Assembly: GCA_049177215.1 (NCBI GenBank)
Contig: CP185379.1
Span: 203,046 to 267,045 of the forward strand
Direction: 5' to 3'
Origin: Candidatus Pollutiaquabacter aromativorans
GTDB taxonomy: Bacteria; Bacteroidota; Bacteroidia; AKYH767-A; 2013-40CM-41-45
DNA length: 64,000 bases
Positions within the stretch are counted from its first letter, which is position 1, and every line of letters starts with the position of its first letter. Both the position numbers and the translations under genes were made by a program. The notes beneath the pieces were generated by a model, which was not told where the DNA came from, ran no database searches, and saw nothing but the letters and a program-made list of their open reading frames with translations. This document shows positions 1 to 9,198 of the stretch, piece by piece.

Positions 1-401
1 GCGCGTTCCGATTGGTGGACGGAGTAACCGGCCCGATTCCGTGGTTCGGTTCTGACTGGCTTGGATTCTCGGGAACCGACCTGGATGCTACAATCGATCT
101 TGGTGTAGCACAGGAAATCCGGCGTGTGGCGGTTGACTTTCTGGAAGATCGTGGTTCCTGGATCTGGTATCCGATATCCGTTGAAGTGTCCGTCAGCCAG
201 GATGGCAGGAACTTCACACCGGTTGGAAGTTGGACGAAGGAAACTGCCGGAACGGTTGATCGTTGGTGCACCATTAAGTTTCCGCCGACCGCTGCGCAGT
301 ATGTCCGCATCGTCGCGCGCAATGCCGGTGTCATCCCGGATGGAAATGCAGGTGCCGGCAGACCTGCCTGGTTGTTTGCGGATGAAATTCAGGCTGAATA
401 A
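1..401 (+). CDS. 3' fragment of a glycoside hydrolase. It is the C-terminal F5/8 type C (discoidin-like) carbohydrate-binding domain, and the gene continues upstream of the window
   Basis: The frame of ORF 12..401 is open to the window edge. The tail ...RPAWLFADEIQAE parallels the C-terminal tail of the GH92 protein at 4644..7571 (...PAFIFVDEVWANP). The neighbours are N-glycan hydrolases. Confidence 0.55.
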   Translation, partial: AFRLVDGVTGPIPWFGSDWLGFSGTDLDATIDLGVAQEIRRVAVDFLEDRGSWIWYPISVEVSVSQDGRNFTPVGSWTKETAGTVDRWCTIKFPPTAAQYVRIVARNAGVIPDGNAGAGRPAWLFADEIQAE

Positions 402-412
402 TAATACTCCAC

Positions 413-1393
413 ATGGCACTTCCACGTCGCAGGTTTCTTCAATTGAGTTCGTTTGCCGCCGCGTTTCTGGCAGGCGGTCGTTCATGGGCCAGGGCCACAT
501 CGCCATTGGTAACTGCTGATGGCCCCATCGTACTTTCAACCTGGGATCATGGTATTCCGGCGAATGTCGCGGCCTGGGATGTCTTGTCGAGAGGCGGACG
601 AGCGCTCGATGCCGTAGAAGCCGGGGTGCGCGTACCCGAAGCGGACCCGAAAGTTCAATCCGTCGGCTACGGCGGTTTGCCGGATCGCGACGGACGTGTT
701 ACCCTCGACGCCTGCATCATGGACGAACGCGCCGGTTGCGGATCGGTCGCATTCCTGGAACACATCATGCATCCGATCAGTGTAGCCAGATTGGTCATGG
801 AGAAGACCCCGCATGTCATGTTGGTTGGAGAAGGCGCCCTGAAGTTCGCCCTGGATCATGGATTCAAGAAGGAAGAACTGTTGACGCCGGAATCAAAAAA
901 GGCGTGGGAGGAATGGTTGAAGACGTCCGAATACAAACCGGTTGTCAATTGGGAAAATCATGATACGATCGGCATGATCGCGCTGGATGCGAAAGGTGAC
1001 CTTTCCGGCGCATGCACGACCAGTGGTATGGCGTACAAGCTCCATGGTCGGGTCGGAGATTCTCCCATCATTGGCGCCGGGCTGTTTGTTGACAATGAAG
1101 TCGGCGCTGCCACTTCTACGGGAGTCGGAGAGGAGGTCATCCGCATTTGCGGATCGCACCTCGTGGTGGAGCTTATGCGGCAGGGGAATGCTCCCGAAGA
1201 CGCATGCCGAATCGCGGTTGAACGGATCGTAAAGAATCAGCCGGAAAAGTCGAAGAACATCCAGGTTGGTTTCCTTGCCTTGAACAAGCATGGTGAATAT
1301 GGCGCTTATTGCCTGCAGCCCGGTTTTAACTATGCGGTCAAGTCGGGCCGTGTAGAGAACAAACTCTTCGACGGAAAATCATTTTACAAGTAA
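413..1393 (+). CDS. N4-(beta-N-acetylglucosaminyl)-L-asparaginase (glycosylasparaginase, Ntn hydrolase)
   Basis: 326 aa. It has a twin-arginine type leader (MALPRRRFLQLSSFAAAFLAG), the autoproteolytic HDTIGMIALD site typical of glycosylasparaginases, and a GAGLFVDNEVGAATSTGVGEE block. Confidence 0.85.
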   Translation: MALPRRRFLQLSSFAAAFLAGGRSWARATSPLVTADGPIVLSTWDHGIPANVAAWDVLSRGGRALDAVEAGVRVPEADPKVQSVGYGGLPDRDGRVTLDACIMDERAGCGSVAFLEHIMHPISVARLVMEKTPHVMLVGEGALKFALDHGFKKEELLTPESKKAWEEWLKTSEYKPVVNWENHDTIGMIALDAKGDLSGACTTSGMAYKLHGRVGDSPIIGAGLFVDNEVGAATSTGVGEEVIRICGSHLVVELMRQGNAPEDACRIAVERIVKNQPEKSKNIQVGFLALNKHGEYGAYCLQPGFNYAVKSGRVENKLFDGKSFYK

Positions 1394-2109
1394 TGAGTGT
1401 ATTGATCGAAGTAGCGGCGGGAAACCTGGAATCCGTGGTCGCCGCCGCGGAAGGTGGTGCTGACCGTATTGAATTGTGTTCCGCACTCTCTGCCGGAGGC
1501 TTGACACCCTCTCCCGGCTTTGCCCTGGAGGCTCGTGCCATTACGCGTCTTCCGATCTTTGCCATGATCCGGCCGCGCGAGGGAGATTTTTTTTATACGG
1601 AGTCCGAGTTTCAATCCATGATGCACGATATCCGGATTCTCAAGGAAACCGGCGTCGACGGATTCGTCTTCGGAGCCTTGACGGAATCCGGACGGGTCGA
1701 CGAGGAGAACTGTAAAGCGCTGTTAACGCTTTGCAACCCATTGCCAGTCACTTTTCACCGGGCATTCGACCGTGCCGCCGACCCCATGCAGAGCCTGGAA
1801 GCAATCATCGCGCTCGGCTTTTCACGCTTGCTGACCTCCGGTCAGGCCGATAGTGCCTGGCAGGGGCGATCGTTGATACGTGAGCTGGTCCTGGCAGCAG
1901 GAGATCGTATAGCCATTCTCGCAGGTGCCGGTGTTTCCGCGGACCATGCTCGTCAGCTCGTGGAAGAATCAGGCGTGAAGGAAATTCACCTTTCCGCAAA
2001 GCGATCGCGCGTACGACGACTGCCTGCCGCGCACGCATTGACGGAAGATCGCCCGGATGGGGTTTCGGACCCTTCCTTCATCCGGTTGCTGAAACAAGCC
2101 CTTGGATGA
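1393..2109 (+). CDS. cutC: CutC family protein (annotated as copper homeostasis, TIM-barrel fold)
   Basis: 238 aa. The N-terminus LIEVAAGNLESVVAAAEGGADRIELCSALSAGGLTPS is typical of CutC. Its start shares a base with the upstream stop (TAATG at 1391-1395), and its stop overlaps the next start (ATGA at 2106-2109). Confidence 0.85.
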   Translation: MSVLIEVAAGNLESVVAAAEGGADRIELCSALSAGGLTPSPGFALEARAITRLPIFAMIRPREGDFFYTESEFQSMMHDIRILKETGVDGFVFGALTESGRVDEENCKALLTLCNPLPVTFHRAFDRAADPMQSLEAIIALGFSRLLTSGQADSAWQGRSLIRELVLAAGDRIAILAGAGVSADHARQLVEESGVKEIHLSAKRSRVRRLPAAHALTEDRPDGVSDPSFIRLLKQALG

Positions 2110-4637
2110 AGAAGCTGTTCGCGTTTGCCCTGGTCTGCTGCACGGTGTTCCTGTCGGAGGCATTGGCCCGCCCGGGTAAGTTTGTTTGGACACTGGGAGG
2201 ACAGTGGGAATTCCGTCAGCAGGATTCTACCGAATGGTGGCCGGCAATTGTTCCCGGCACGGTACACCGCGACCTCTTGCGTGCAGGAAGAATTCCAGAC
2301 CCTTATTTCGGTACGAACGAGTCTCGTCTTGGCTGGATTGACAGCGTTGCCTGGATTTACCGATGCCGCTTTGATGCAAGCGCCGAGTTGTTGTCGCGCA
2401 GAAATATCGAGTTGGTACTTGACGGCTTGGATACGTATGCGACTGTCAGCCTGAACGGAGTCGAATTGCTTACTGCCGACAATATGTTCCGGCAGTGGAG
2501 CGTCGCCGTAAAGTCAGTACTCCGGGAGAAGAAGAATGAACTGTTGATCAGATTCAAGCCGGCTATACTGGTCGCGCGTCAGCAGGCGGAGAAAACAGAC
2601 ATCGTCATTCCTGGGGAAGACCGAATTTATGCGCGTAAAGCCGCTTATCATTTCGGTTGGGATTGGGGAGCCCGTTTCATTGGATGCGGCGTCTATAGTC
2701 CGGTTCACCTCGATGCTTGGGATGATTTTCAGTTTGAAGCCACCAGGTTCACGATCGAACGTCTAGATTCCGCTGTGGCCGTTGTGAATTTTACCACGGA
2801 GGTACAAGTCGCGGTTCCGGGACGGTATCACCTTCGTGTTGCCGGAGGGAAAGGGTCCGAAAGCGTTTATGAAGTGTGGAGTGATCTGAATGCAGGGAAG
2901 CAACAACTTTCCGTAAGTGGAAGGATCGAGCAGCCCAGGCTCTGGTGGCCCAACCGAAGTGGCGGCCATCCGTTGTATCCTTTTCGTATTACCGTGTCCG
3001 ACAGCAGAGGCGATGCGGTCGAAGATTCCCTCCTGGTCGGTTTACGCTCGATCCGCCTTCAGCAGGACGTGGATAGTGTCGGTAGTGCGTTCACCGTGGT
3101 CGTGAACGATCGTCCATTGTTCATGAAAGGTGCCAACATCATCCCTCCGGATCATTTCAGTACCATGTCGGATGATTCATCCTGGGTGGCTTTGGTGAGA
3201 CTGGCGAATGAAACGGGTATGAATATGCTACGCGTTTGGGGTGGAGGGATCTATCCGCCGAATGCGTTTTACAATGCTTGTGATAGCCTTGGAATTCTGG
3301 TATGGCAGGATTTCATGTTCGCCTGCTCCATGGTCCCGTTGGATGATGAGTTTAGGAAAAATGTCGAGCAGGAAGCGATCGGGCAAGTACGTCGTCTTCG
3401 GAATCATCCGAGTCTTGCCTTGTGGTGTGGCAACAATGAATCGGACGAAGGTTGGAACAACTGGGGCTGGCAGCGTCAATACGGATACACACCGGAAGAC
3501 TCGATGCGAGTCAAGGCGGCCTATGATTGTCTGTTTCATGATGTGCTTCCCGGTGTGGTCAAATCAAATGACGATCGTCCCTATCACCCCTCTTCCCCGG
3601 CAACGGGTTGGGGACGTAGTGCGGCTTATCGGGTAGGGGACGTGCATTATTGGGGCGTATGGTGGGGACATGCTCCGTTCGCTACCTATGAAGATCATTA
3701 TGGCCGGTTCGTCAGTGAGTATGGTTTTCAAGGGCTTCCCTGCATGGCGACCATTCGTGAGTTCGCAGGTTCGGAAGTGTTGGATGCATCCAAAGGCGCG
3801 CTGGCGGCACATCAGAAGCATCCTACCGGCTATCAGACGATCACCGAATACATGAAAGCGCGGTACCGCGACCCAAAGGACATTCAATCGTATGCGCATG
3901 TATCTCAATTGTTGCAAGCGGATGCTCTTGTCACGGCGATTGATGCACATCGAGGCGCCATGCCGCTTTGTATGGGGTCGTTGTACTGGCAACTGAACGA
4001 TACCTGGCCGGTGGTTTCCTGGAGTACGGTGGATCATACCGGCCGCAAGAAGGCGGCGCACTGGGCGGTCACCGAAGCGTTCAGTACCGTTCGACTCTTA
4101 CCACGGGTGGATGGGCAGCGACTGGAAGTGCGGGTCGTGAATGATTCAGCGACCGATCTCCTGCTGCGGATGGAGCTCACGCTGATCGATTTCCATGGGA
4201 ATATCCGTTGGAGCGAAGTGGCCGCTGCCGATGCAAAGTCGTCCGCTGTCAGTCGGGTGTATTCCTCCAATCTCGCGCCCGTACTGCGATTCATGGATAC
4301 CTGCGATGCCATGTTGAGGATCCGCTTGGTGTCACACGATGAGGTCATCAGCCAGCGTGACGTTTTCTTTACTTCACCCAGGAATTTGAAATTATACCGG
4401 CCGGCCATGTCGATCAAGGTCATACCCGGGCCGGTAGGAGCGCAATACATTGAGCTTCGCTCCAGTGTTCTTGCGCTGGGTGTCGAACTCAGTGTGGACG
4501 GGGATCCTTCCTGGTTTGAGGAAAACTATTTTACCTTGTTGCCAAAGGAGAATTATCGCATTCGAATAGTGGAAAGACCGGGGAAGACATTCGACAGCAC
4601 ACGTCTACGCTTTCGATCCCTGGTCGATACGTATTAA
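2106..4637 (+). CDS. Glycoside hydrolase family 2 beta-mannosidase
   Basis: 843 aa with a signal peptide. GH2 beta-mannosidase-like blocks are present: GANIIPPD, NMLRVWGGGIYP, LVWQDFMFAC, WCGNNE and YWGVWWG. Confidence 0.8.
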   Translation: MKKLFAFALVCCTVFLSEALARPGKFVWTLGGQWEFRQQDSTEWWPAIVPGTVHRDLLRAGRIPDPYFGTNESRLGWIDSVAWIYRCRFDASAELLSRRNIELVLDGLDTYATVSLNGVELLTADNMFRQWSVAVKSVLREKKNELLIRFKPAILVARQQAEKTDIVIPGEDRIYARKAAYHFGWDWGARFIGCGVYSPVHLDAWDDFQFEATRFTIERLDSAVAVVNFTTEVQVAVPGRYHLRVAGGKGSESVYEVWSDLNAGKQQLSVSGRIEQPRLWWPNRSGGHPLYPFRITVSDSRGDAVEDSLLVGLRSIRLQQDVDSVGSAFTVVVNDRPLFMKGANIIPPDHFSTMSDDSSWVALVRLANETGMNMLRVWGGGIYPPNAFYNACDSLGILVWQDFMFACSMVPLDDEFRKNVEQEAIGQVRRLRNHPSLALWCGNNESDEGWNNWGWQRQYGYTPEDSMRVKAAYDCLFHDVLPGVVKSNDDRPYHPSSPATGWGRSAAYRVGDVHYWGVWWGHAPFATYEDHYGRFVSEYGFQGLPCMATIREFAGSEVLDASKGALAAHQKHPTGYQTITEYMKARYRDPKDIQSYAHVSQLLQADALVTAIDAHRGAMPLCMGSLYWQLNDTWPVVSWSTVDHTGRKKAAHWAVTEAFSTVRLLPRVDGQRLEVRVVNDSATDLLLRMELTLIDFHGNIRWSEVAAADAKSSAVSRVYSSNLAPVLRFMDTCDAMLRIRLVSHDEVISQRDVFFTSPRNLKLYRPAMSIKVIPGPVGAQYIELRSSVLALGVELSVDGDPSWFEENYFTLLPKENYRIRIVERPGKTFDSTRLRFRSLVDTY

Positions 4638-4643
4638 ACGAAC

Positions 4644-7571
4644 ATGAAGAAGATTCTTTTCAGCTTATTCGCCTGTCTCTCATTCCAGGCCAACGCCCAG
4701 GTCGACCTCGCCCGCCATGTTGATCCGTTCATCGGGACAGGGGGCCATGGTCATACCTATCCCGGTGCGACCCTGCCTTTCGGAATGGTGCAGTTAAGCC
4801 CCGATACGCGCGTTGATGGTTCCTGGGATGGTTGCGGCGGTTACCATCATTCGGATTCCATGATGTATGGATTTTCTCATACCCATTTGAGCGGGACCGG
4901 ATGCTCGGATTATGGCGATATCCTGCTGCTGCCGTATGTCAACAAGTTAGATGGAACCCCGATCCAGCCCGTGCGATTTTCACACGCGGATGAATTGGCG
5001 GAACCGGGATACTACAGCGTGGATCTTCCGACTGTAGGTGTCAAAACCGAATTTACCACCACCGTGCGAGTCGGGTTTCATCGTTATGCTTTCAATGGCG
5101 TTGGTGAACACCGGGTCCTGCTGGACCTGCGCCATCGTGATAAAGTCCTTGGTGCGGAAATGCGGATGGTCAGCGATAGACGAATTGAAGGCTATCGGCG
5201 CTCTTCCGCCTGGGCGAGGGATCAGGTCGTCTATTTCTCCATGGAGTTTTCTCGGCCATTCGAACTGATCGATCTCCCGGGCAACGAAACAGCTCCCGAT
5301 AGTTTGCACTACACATTGCGCTTTAAAGAAGACAAATCAAACGAACTCCTGGTGAAGGTCGCCCTTTCTTCCGTGAGCGAAGCCAACGCCCGAATGAACC
5401 TTGAGCGCGAGTTGCCGGGCTGGGATTTCGTCGCGACGAAAAGCGCGGCACGCGCTGCCTGGAACCGGGAGTTGGGTAAGATCGAAGCAAAGGGAGGAAG
5501 TGAAAAGCAACTCCGGATTTTCTACACGGCCCTCTACCATACCATGATCGTCCCCAACGTCTATTCCGATGTAGATGGTCGCTATCGTGGTCGTGATGGT
5601 CAGGTGCATGCCATTGATGGGCCGGAACAATACACGGTTTTCTCGTTGTGGGACACTTACCGGGCATGGCATCCCTTGATGACGATTATCGACCGGAAGC
5701 GAACTACGGCTTATGTGAACACGTTTCTCCGGCAGTACAGGGAAGGCGGATTATTACCCGTCTGGGAGTTGTCCGCGAATGAGACCGAATGCATGATCGG
5801 TTATCACGCGGTGCCGGTGATTGCCGATGCCGACGCGAAGGGTATCGGCGGTTTTGACCGCATGCAGGCCCTGATGGCCATGCGTAAAAGCGCTGAAGCC
5901 AAAGAACGCTACGGCCTCGGGGCTTACATGAAACATGCGATGCTCTCCCTGGACGATGAGCATGAGTCGGTTTCCAAGACGCTGGAGTATGCATATGATG
6001 ATTGGTGCATTGCCACCATGGCGCAACGGCTTGGTCAGGGGCCGTTGGCGCAGCAGTATTTCGAACGATCGCAATCCTGGAAGAACCTGCTGAACCCGGT
6101 CACCGGTTTTATGCAACCCCGGGTTAACGGTGGGTGGTTGTCTCCCTTCGATCCGTATGAAGTCAACAATAATTTTACCGAGGCGAACTCCTGGCAATAT
6201 TCGTTTTATGTTCCGCAGGATATTCCCGGGTTGATGCGGATACACGGAGGAATGGAGCGATTCGCAGCACGACTGGATTCGCTTTTCGCTGCTGATAACC
6301 GGACCCGGGGTCGGGAACAGGCCGATATCACCGGACTGATCGGACAATATGCACACGGGAACGAGCCGAGTCATCACATGGCTTACCTCTACAATTATTG
6401 CGGTCAACCCTGGAAGACACAGCGATTGGTGCGCAAGATCATGGATGAGTTCTATCAGGCTTCCCCCGATGGATTGATCGGCAATGAGGATTGTGGCCAA
6501 ATGTCGGCCTGGCTGGTGTTCAGCGCGATGGGATTTTATCCCGTGACACCCGGAGCTCCCTACTATGCGATCGGTACGCCCTGGTTTCAGGAGGTGACGA
6601 TCCATCTCGAGGATGGTAAGTCGTTTGTTGTTCGTGCCGACGAGCCTTCGGCGAGCCGCTGTTATATTCAGTCTCTCGAGGTGAACGGTCAGGTGCGAAA
6701 CACGGCCTTTCTTTCGCACGAAGAACTGTCCAAAGGCGGTTCCATGAGTTTTACCCTGAGTGACCGCCCGGCATCGAATTGGGGAACTGGAACGTGGTCG
6801 CACCCTGAAGTCGCAGTGGATTCATCGATCGTCATTAATCCGGTGATCCATACGAATGGAAAGTTGCTGCGCGATTCCATGACGATCAGTATCAGTGCCG
6901 CAGCCGGTGATACGATCCTCTACTCAGTGGATGGGGTCGACCTTGAAAAGAAGTGGTCGGGTCCCGGACCCACACGCTCGGGCTTGCGTACTTACACGGG
7001 CCCCTTCACCGTGAAAGAAGCGACCACGGTACAGTCAATGGCCGTTCGTGGAAACCGTTTCAGCCGTGTCGTACGCGCCGAGGTCCAGCCGTATCCGCAT
7101 CCGGACTGGAAGGTGGCTGTTGCTACCGAAGTCAACCCGCAGTATACGGCAGGAGGTCCGGAAGGAATTATCGATGGGATCAGGGGGACGACCAACTGGC
7201 GAAAAGGGGATTGGCAAGGTTATCAGGGCGCCGACTTTGAAGCCGTGATTGATTTCGGTAAGCCCATGCCGGTGCGTGAACTCGGCGGCGGCTTCCTGCA
7301 GGATATGCGCTCCTGGATCCTGATGCCCAAGTCGGTCGAATTCCAGTTATCGGACGATGGCAAGACTTATAAGACCGTATTGACCGTTACAAATTCGCTT
7401 TCCGATCGACTGGAGGAGAATGTCCTGCATGATTTCGAAGGACATATTCCCGTCACTGTTGCCCGTTACTTGAAAGTGAAAGCGGTGAATTATGGACGAT
7501 TGCCCATCTGGCATCCGGGCGCAGGTTATCCTGCGTTCATCTTCGTTGATGAAGTGTGGGCGAATCCCTGA
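4644..7571 (+). CDS. Glycoside hydrolase family 92 alpha-mannosidase with a C-terminal discoidin-like domain
   Basis: 975 aa with a signal peptide. It has the GH92 signature GTGGHGHTYPGATLPFGMVQLSPDT, plus ANSWQYSFYVPQD, NEPSHHMAYLY and GNEDCGQMSAW. The last ~150 aa resemble the F5/8 type C tail at 1..401. Confidence 0.88.
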   Translation: MKKILFSLFACLSFQANAQVDLARHVDPFIGTGGHGHTYPGATLPFGMVQLSPDTRVDGSWDGCGGYHHSDSMMYGFSHTHLSGTGCSDYGDILLLPYVNKLDGTPIQPVRFSHADELAEPGYYSVDLPTVGVKTEFTTTVRVGFHRYAFNGVGEHRVLLDLRHRDKVLGAEMRMVSDRRIEGYRRSSAWARDQVVYFSMEFSRPFELIDLPGNETAPDSLHYTLRFKEDKSNELLVKVALSSVSEANARMNLERELPGWDFVATKSAARAAWNRELGKIEAKGGSEKQLRIFYTALYHTMIVPNVYSDVDGRYRGRDGQVHAIDGPEQYTVFSLWDTYRAWHPLMTIIDRKRTTAYVNTFLRQYREGGLLPVWELSANETECMIGYHAVPVIADADAKGIGGFDRMQALMAMRKSAEAKERYGLGAYMKHAMLSLDDEHESVSKTLEYAYDDWCIATMAQRLGQGPLAQQYFERSQSWKNLLNPVTGFMQPRVNGGWLSPFDPYEVNNNFTEANSWQYSFYVPQDIPGLMRIHGGMERFAARLDSLFAADNRTRGREQADITGLIGQYAHGNEPSHHMAYLYNYCGQPWKTQRLVRKIMDEFYQASPDGLIGNEDCGQMSAWLVFSAMGFYPVTPGAPYYAIGTPWFQEVTIHLEDGKSFVVRADEPSASRCYIQSLEVNGQVRNTAFLSHEELSKGGSMSFTLSDRPASNWGTGTWSHPEVAVDSSIVINPVIHTNGKLLRDSMTISISAAAGDTILYSVDGVDLEKKWSGPGPTRSGLRTYTGPFTVKEATTVQSMAVRGNRFSRVVRAEVQPYPHPDWKVAVATEVNPQYTAGGPEGIIDGIRGTTNWRKGDWQGYQGADFEAVIDFGKPMPVRELGGGFLQDMRSWILMPKSVEFQLSDDGKTYKTVLTVTNSLSDRLEENVLHDFEGHIPVTVARYLKVKAVNYGRLPIWHPGAGYPAFIFVDEVWANP

Positions 7572-7636
7572 CGCAACCAACAGTTTCCCGGTTCATAACT
7601 CCGGCAACGCGAGATTGATACAGCCCAAAGCTATTT

Positions 7637-7644
7637 TACTTTTG
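7637..7644 (+). promoter_or_regulatory. Candidate Bacteroidota -7 promoter box (TAnnTTTG)
   Basis: TACTTTTG lies 17 nt upstream of the ATG at 7661. This is a motif match only. Confidence 0.3.
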
Positions 7645-7660
7645 TTCAAAATCACGCACG

Positions 7661-8254
7661 ATGAAACGTATTCTATTCCTTGCAGTGGCCGTTGTTTCGC
7701 TGCTTACCGCCTGCAGTCCTGATCTGCACCTCGACATTTCAAAACGCCGCTATCGTAAGGGCTTTCACGTTGATGCCGGCATCGGGCACCGTCAAAGCGT
7801 TACGGCTGAACGTCAGGTTGAACAAACGGCAAAGATGCCGGTGATCGTCTCTGCCTTACCGCAAGCGCAAAATGAGCCGCTCGTCGAGCAACACTATTCT
7901 GTTCCTGTTGTTGAAGCACAGCCTCCGGTAGTCGCCTCGAACGAAACCGTGACGCAGGTGAAGCATACCCGTTCAACCCCGGCAGCGGTTGATGCAACCT
8001 CAACTTTGTTTGCGAAAGAACAGTCGGTGCAATCCGCTTCCAAATTTCAGCAAGTGAAGCAGGCGGCTAAACGCTTTTTCCATCCGCAGGAAGATGTGCC
8101 GTTCTGGCTGCTCATCGTATTGTGCATTCTCCTTCCTCCGCTTGCGGTTTTCCTCAAGTTCGGAATCGGAACAGAGTTTTGGATCAGTCTTATCCTAACC
8201 CTGATCTTCTGGCTGCCCGGCGTGATCTACGCGCTGATTGTCGTTACGCGTTGA
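7661..8254 (+). CDS. Lipoprotein-signal protein with a C-terminal YqaE/Pmp3-type proteolipid domain
   Basis: 197 aa. It has a lipobox (LLTAC). The C-terminal ~55 aa (FWLLIVLCILLPPLAVFLKFGIGTEFWISLILTLIFWLPGVIYALIVV) match the UPF0057/Pmp3 two-TM pattern. Confidence 0.55.
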   Translation: MKRILFLAVAVVSLLTACSPDLHLDISKRRYRKGFHVDAGIGHRQSVTAERQVEQTAKMPVIVSALPQAQNEPLVEQHYSVPVVEAQPPVVASNETVTQVKHTRSTPAAVDATSTLFAKEQSVQSASKFQQVKQAAKRFFHPQEDVPFWLLIVLCILLPPLAVFLKFGIGTEFWISLILTLIFWLPGVIYALIVVTR

Positions 8255-8273
8255 TGACCCCTGGTGCCATACG

Positions 8274-8310
8274 AAAGCGGCCCTGCTATACAGATAGCAG
8301 GGCCGCTTTT
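8274..8310. terminator. Bidirectional rho-independent terminator between convergent genes
   Basis: The stem is 15 bp, aaagcggccctgcta / tagcagggccgcttt, with loop tacaga, flanked by an A-run and a T-run. Confidence 0.8.
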
Positions 8311-8323
8311 GTTATTGTGAAAA

Positions 8324-9046
8324 TCAATAGTTGCGGTATTGACTGTTCCAGCTCATGCTGGAGAAAGATTTGTCGAACGAGATGCCTGCCCAGAGACCAA
8401 TTCCAGTGAAGCCGATGAATAGGTGGAGTCCAAACCAGATGCGCAGGTAGATCTCGCTTTGGAGGGTAAACACGTGCATCACCGCGGAGGGAATCAGAAA
8501 TGATATCAGGAAGCTGATGGAAAGGATCGTCAGCAGGAAGGTCTTGAGGTTTTGTAATGGCCAGAGCAGGAATCGTTTGTACCAGGCCAGGTCTTCTCCC
8601 CACTGATGCAGAAGATAGTATCGACCGTCCGCCAGTTCGGCAAAGAGCAAGGGGTCTTTGTTGATGTTCTCCAGTTTAAAAGCATGATCCGGCGCCGCGA
8701 TGCGGAAGCGTTCGATCCGGATGTTGTATCGTTCTTCGAAGGCGCGGATCTTTAATACGGCATCGTATGGAAACTCGGACCGGAAGAAACGCGTGTCCAG
8801 AAACCGCAGCCGGAAGCGAATGCAGGTCTGCCGGATCTGGTCAAGTGTGAATACATGCGCCAGATCCGCCGCGTCAAGCGCCAGCTGCGGTTCCGTCGGC
8901 CGTCCTCGACCGGCCAAGCGATCCAGTACTTCCTGATCACGGCGTGTTCCTGCGTCGAACAGATCATGTACATCATTCATGATCCGCTGCTGGCGCATCC
9001 GTTCACGGATCAGTTCATCTTGTAAGTTGACGGGGGAAAAGATCAT
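8324..9046 (-). CDS. Hypothetical membrane protein
   Basis: 240-aa ORF with a soluble N-terminal half and 2-3 hydrophobic C-terminal segments. I do not recognise a family. Confidence 0.5.
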   Translation of the reverse strand: MIFSPVNLQDELIRERMRQQRIMNDVHDLFDAGTRRDQEVLDRLAGRGRPTEPQLALDAADLAHVFTLDQIRQTCIRFRLRFLDTRFFRSEFPYDAVLKIRAFEERYNIRIERFRIAAPDHAFKLENINKDPLLFAELADGRYYLLHQWGEDLAWYKRFLLWPLQNLKTFLLTILSISFLISFLIPSAVMHVFTLQSEIYLRIWFGLHLFIGFTGIGLWAGISFDKSFSSMSWNSQYRNY

Positions 9047-9198
9047 ACGCAGCTTATAACACTTAAAGATAGCAGGTGGTTCAGGCTGAAAGGCTATGAC
9101 TATTCCGTGAAATAACTGCGTATTTTTAAGGACTTCTATGGATGAGCCTTCATGTTTGACATGGAATCGCTCGCTTTCTTCGGTAATAAAATCTGATC

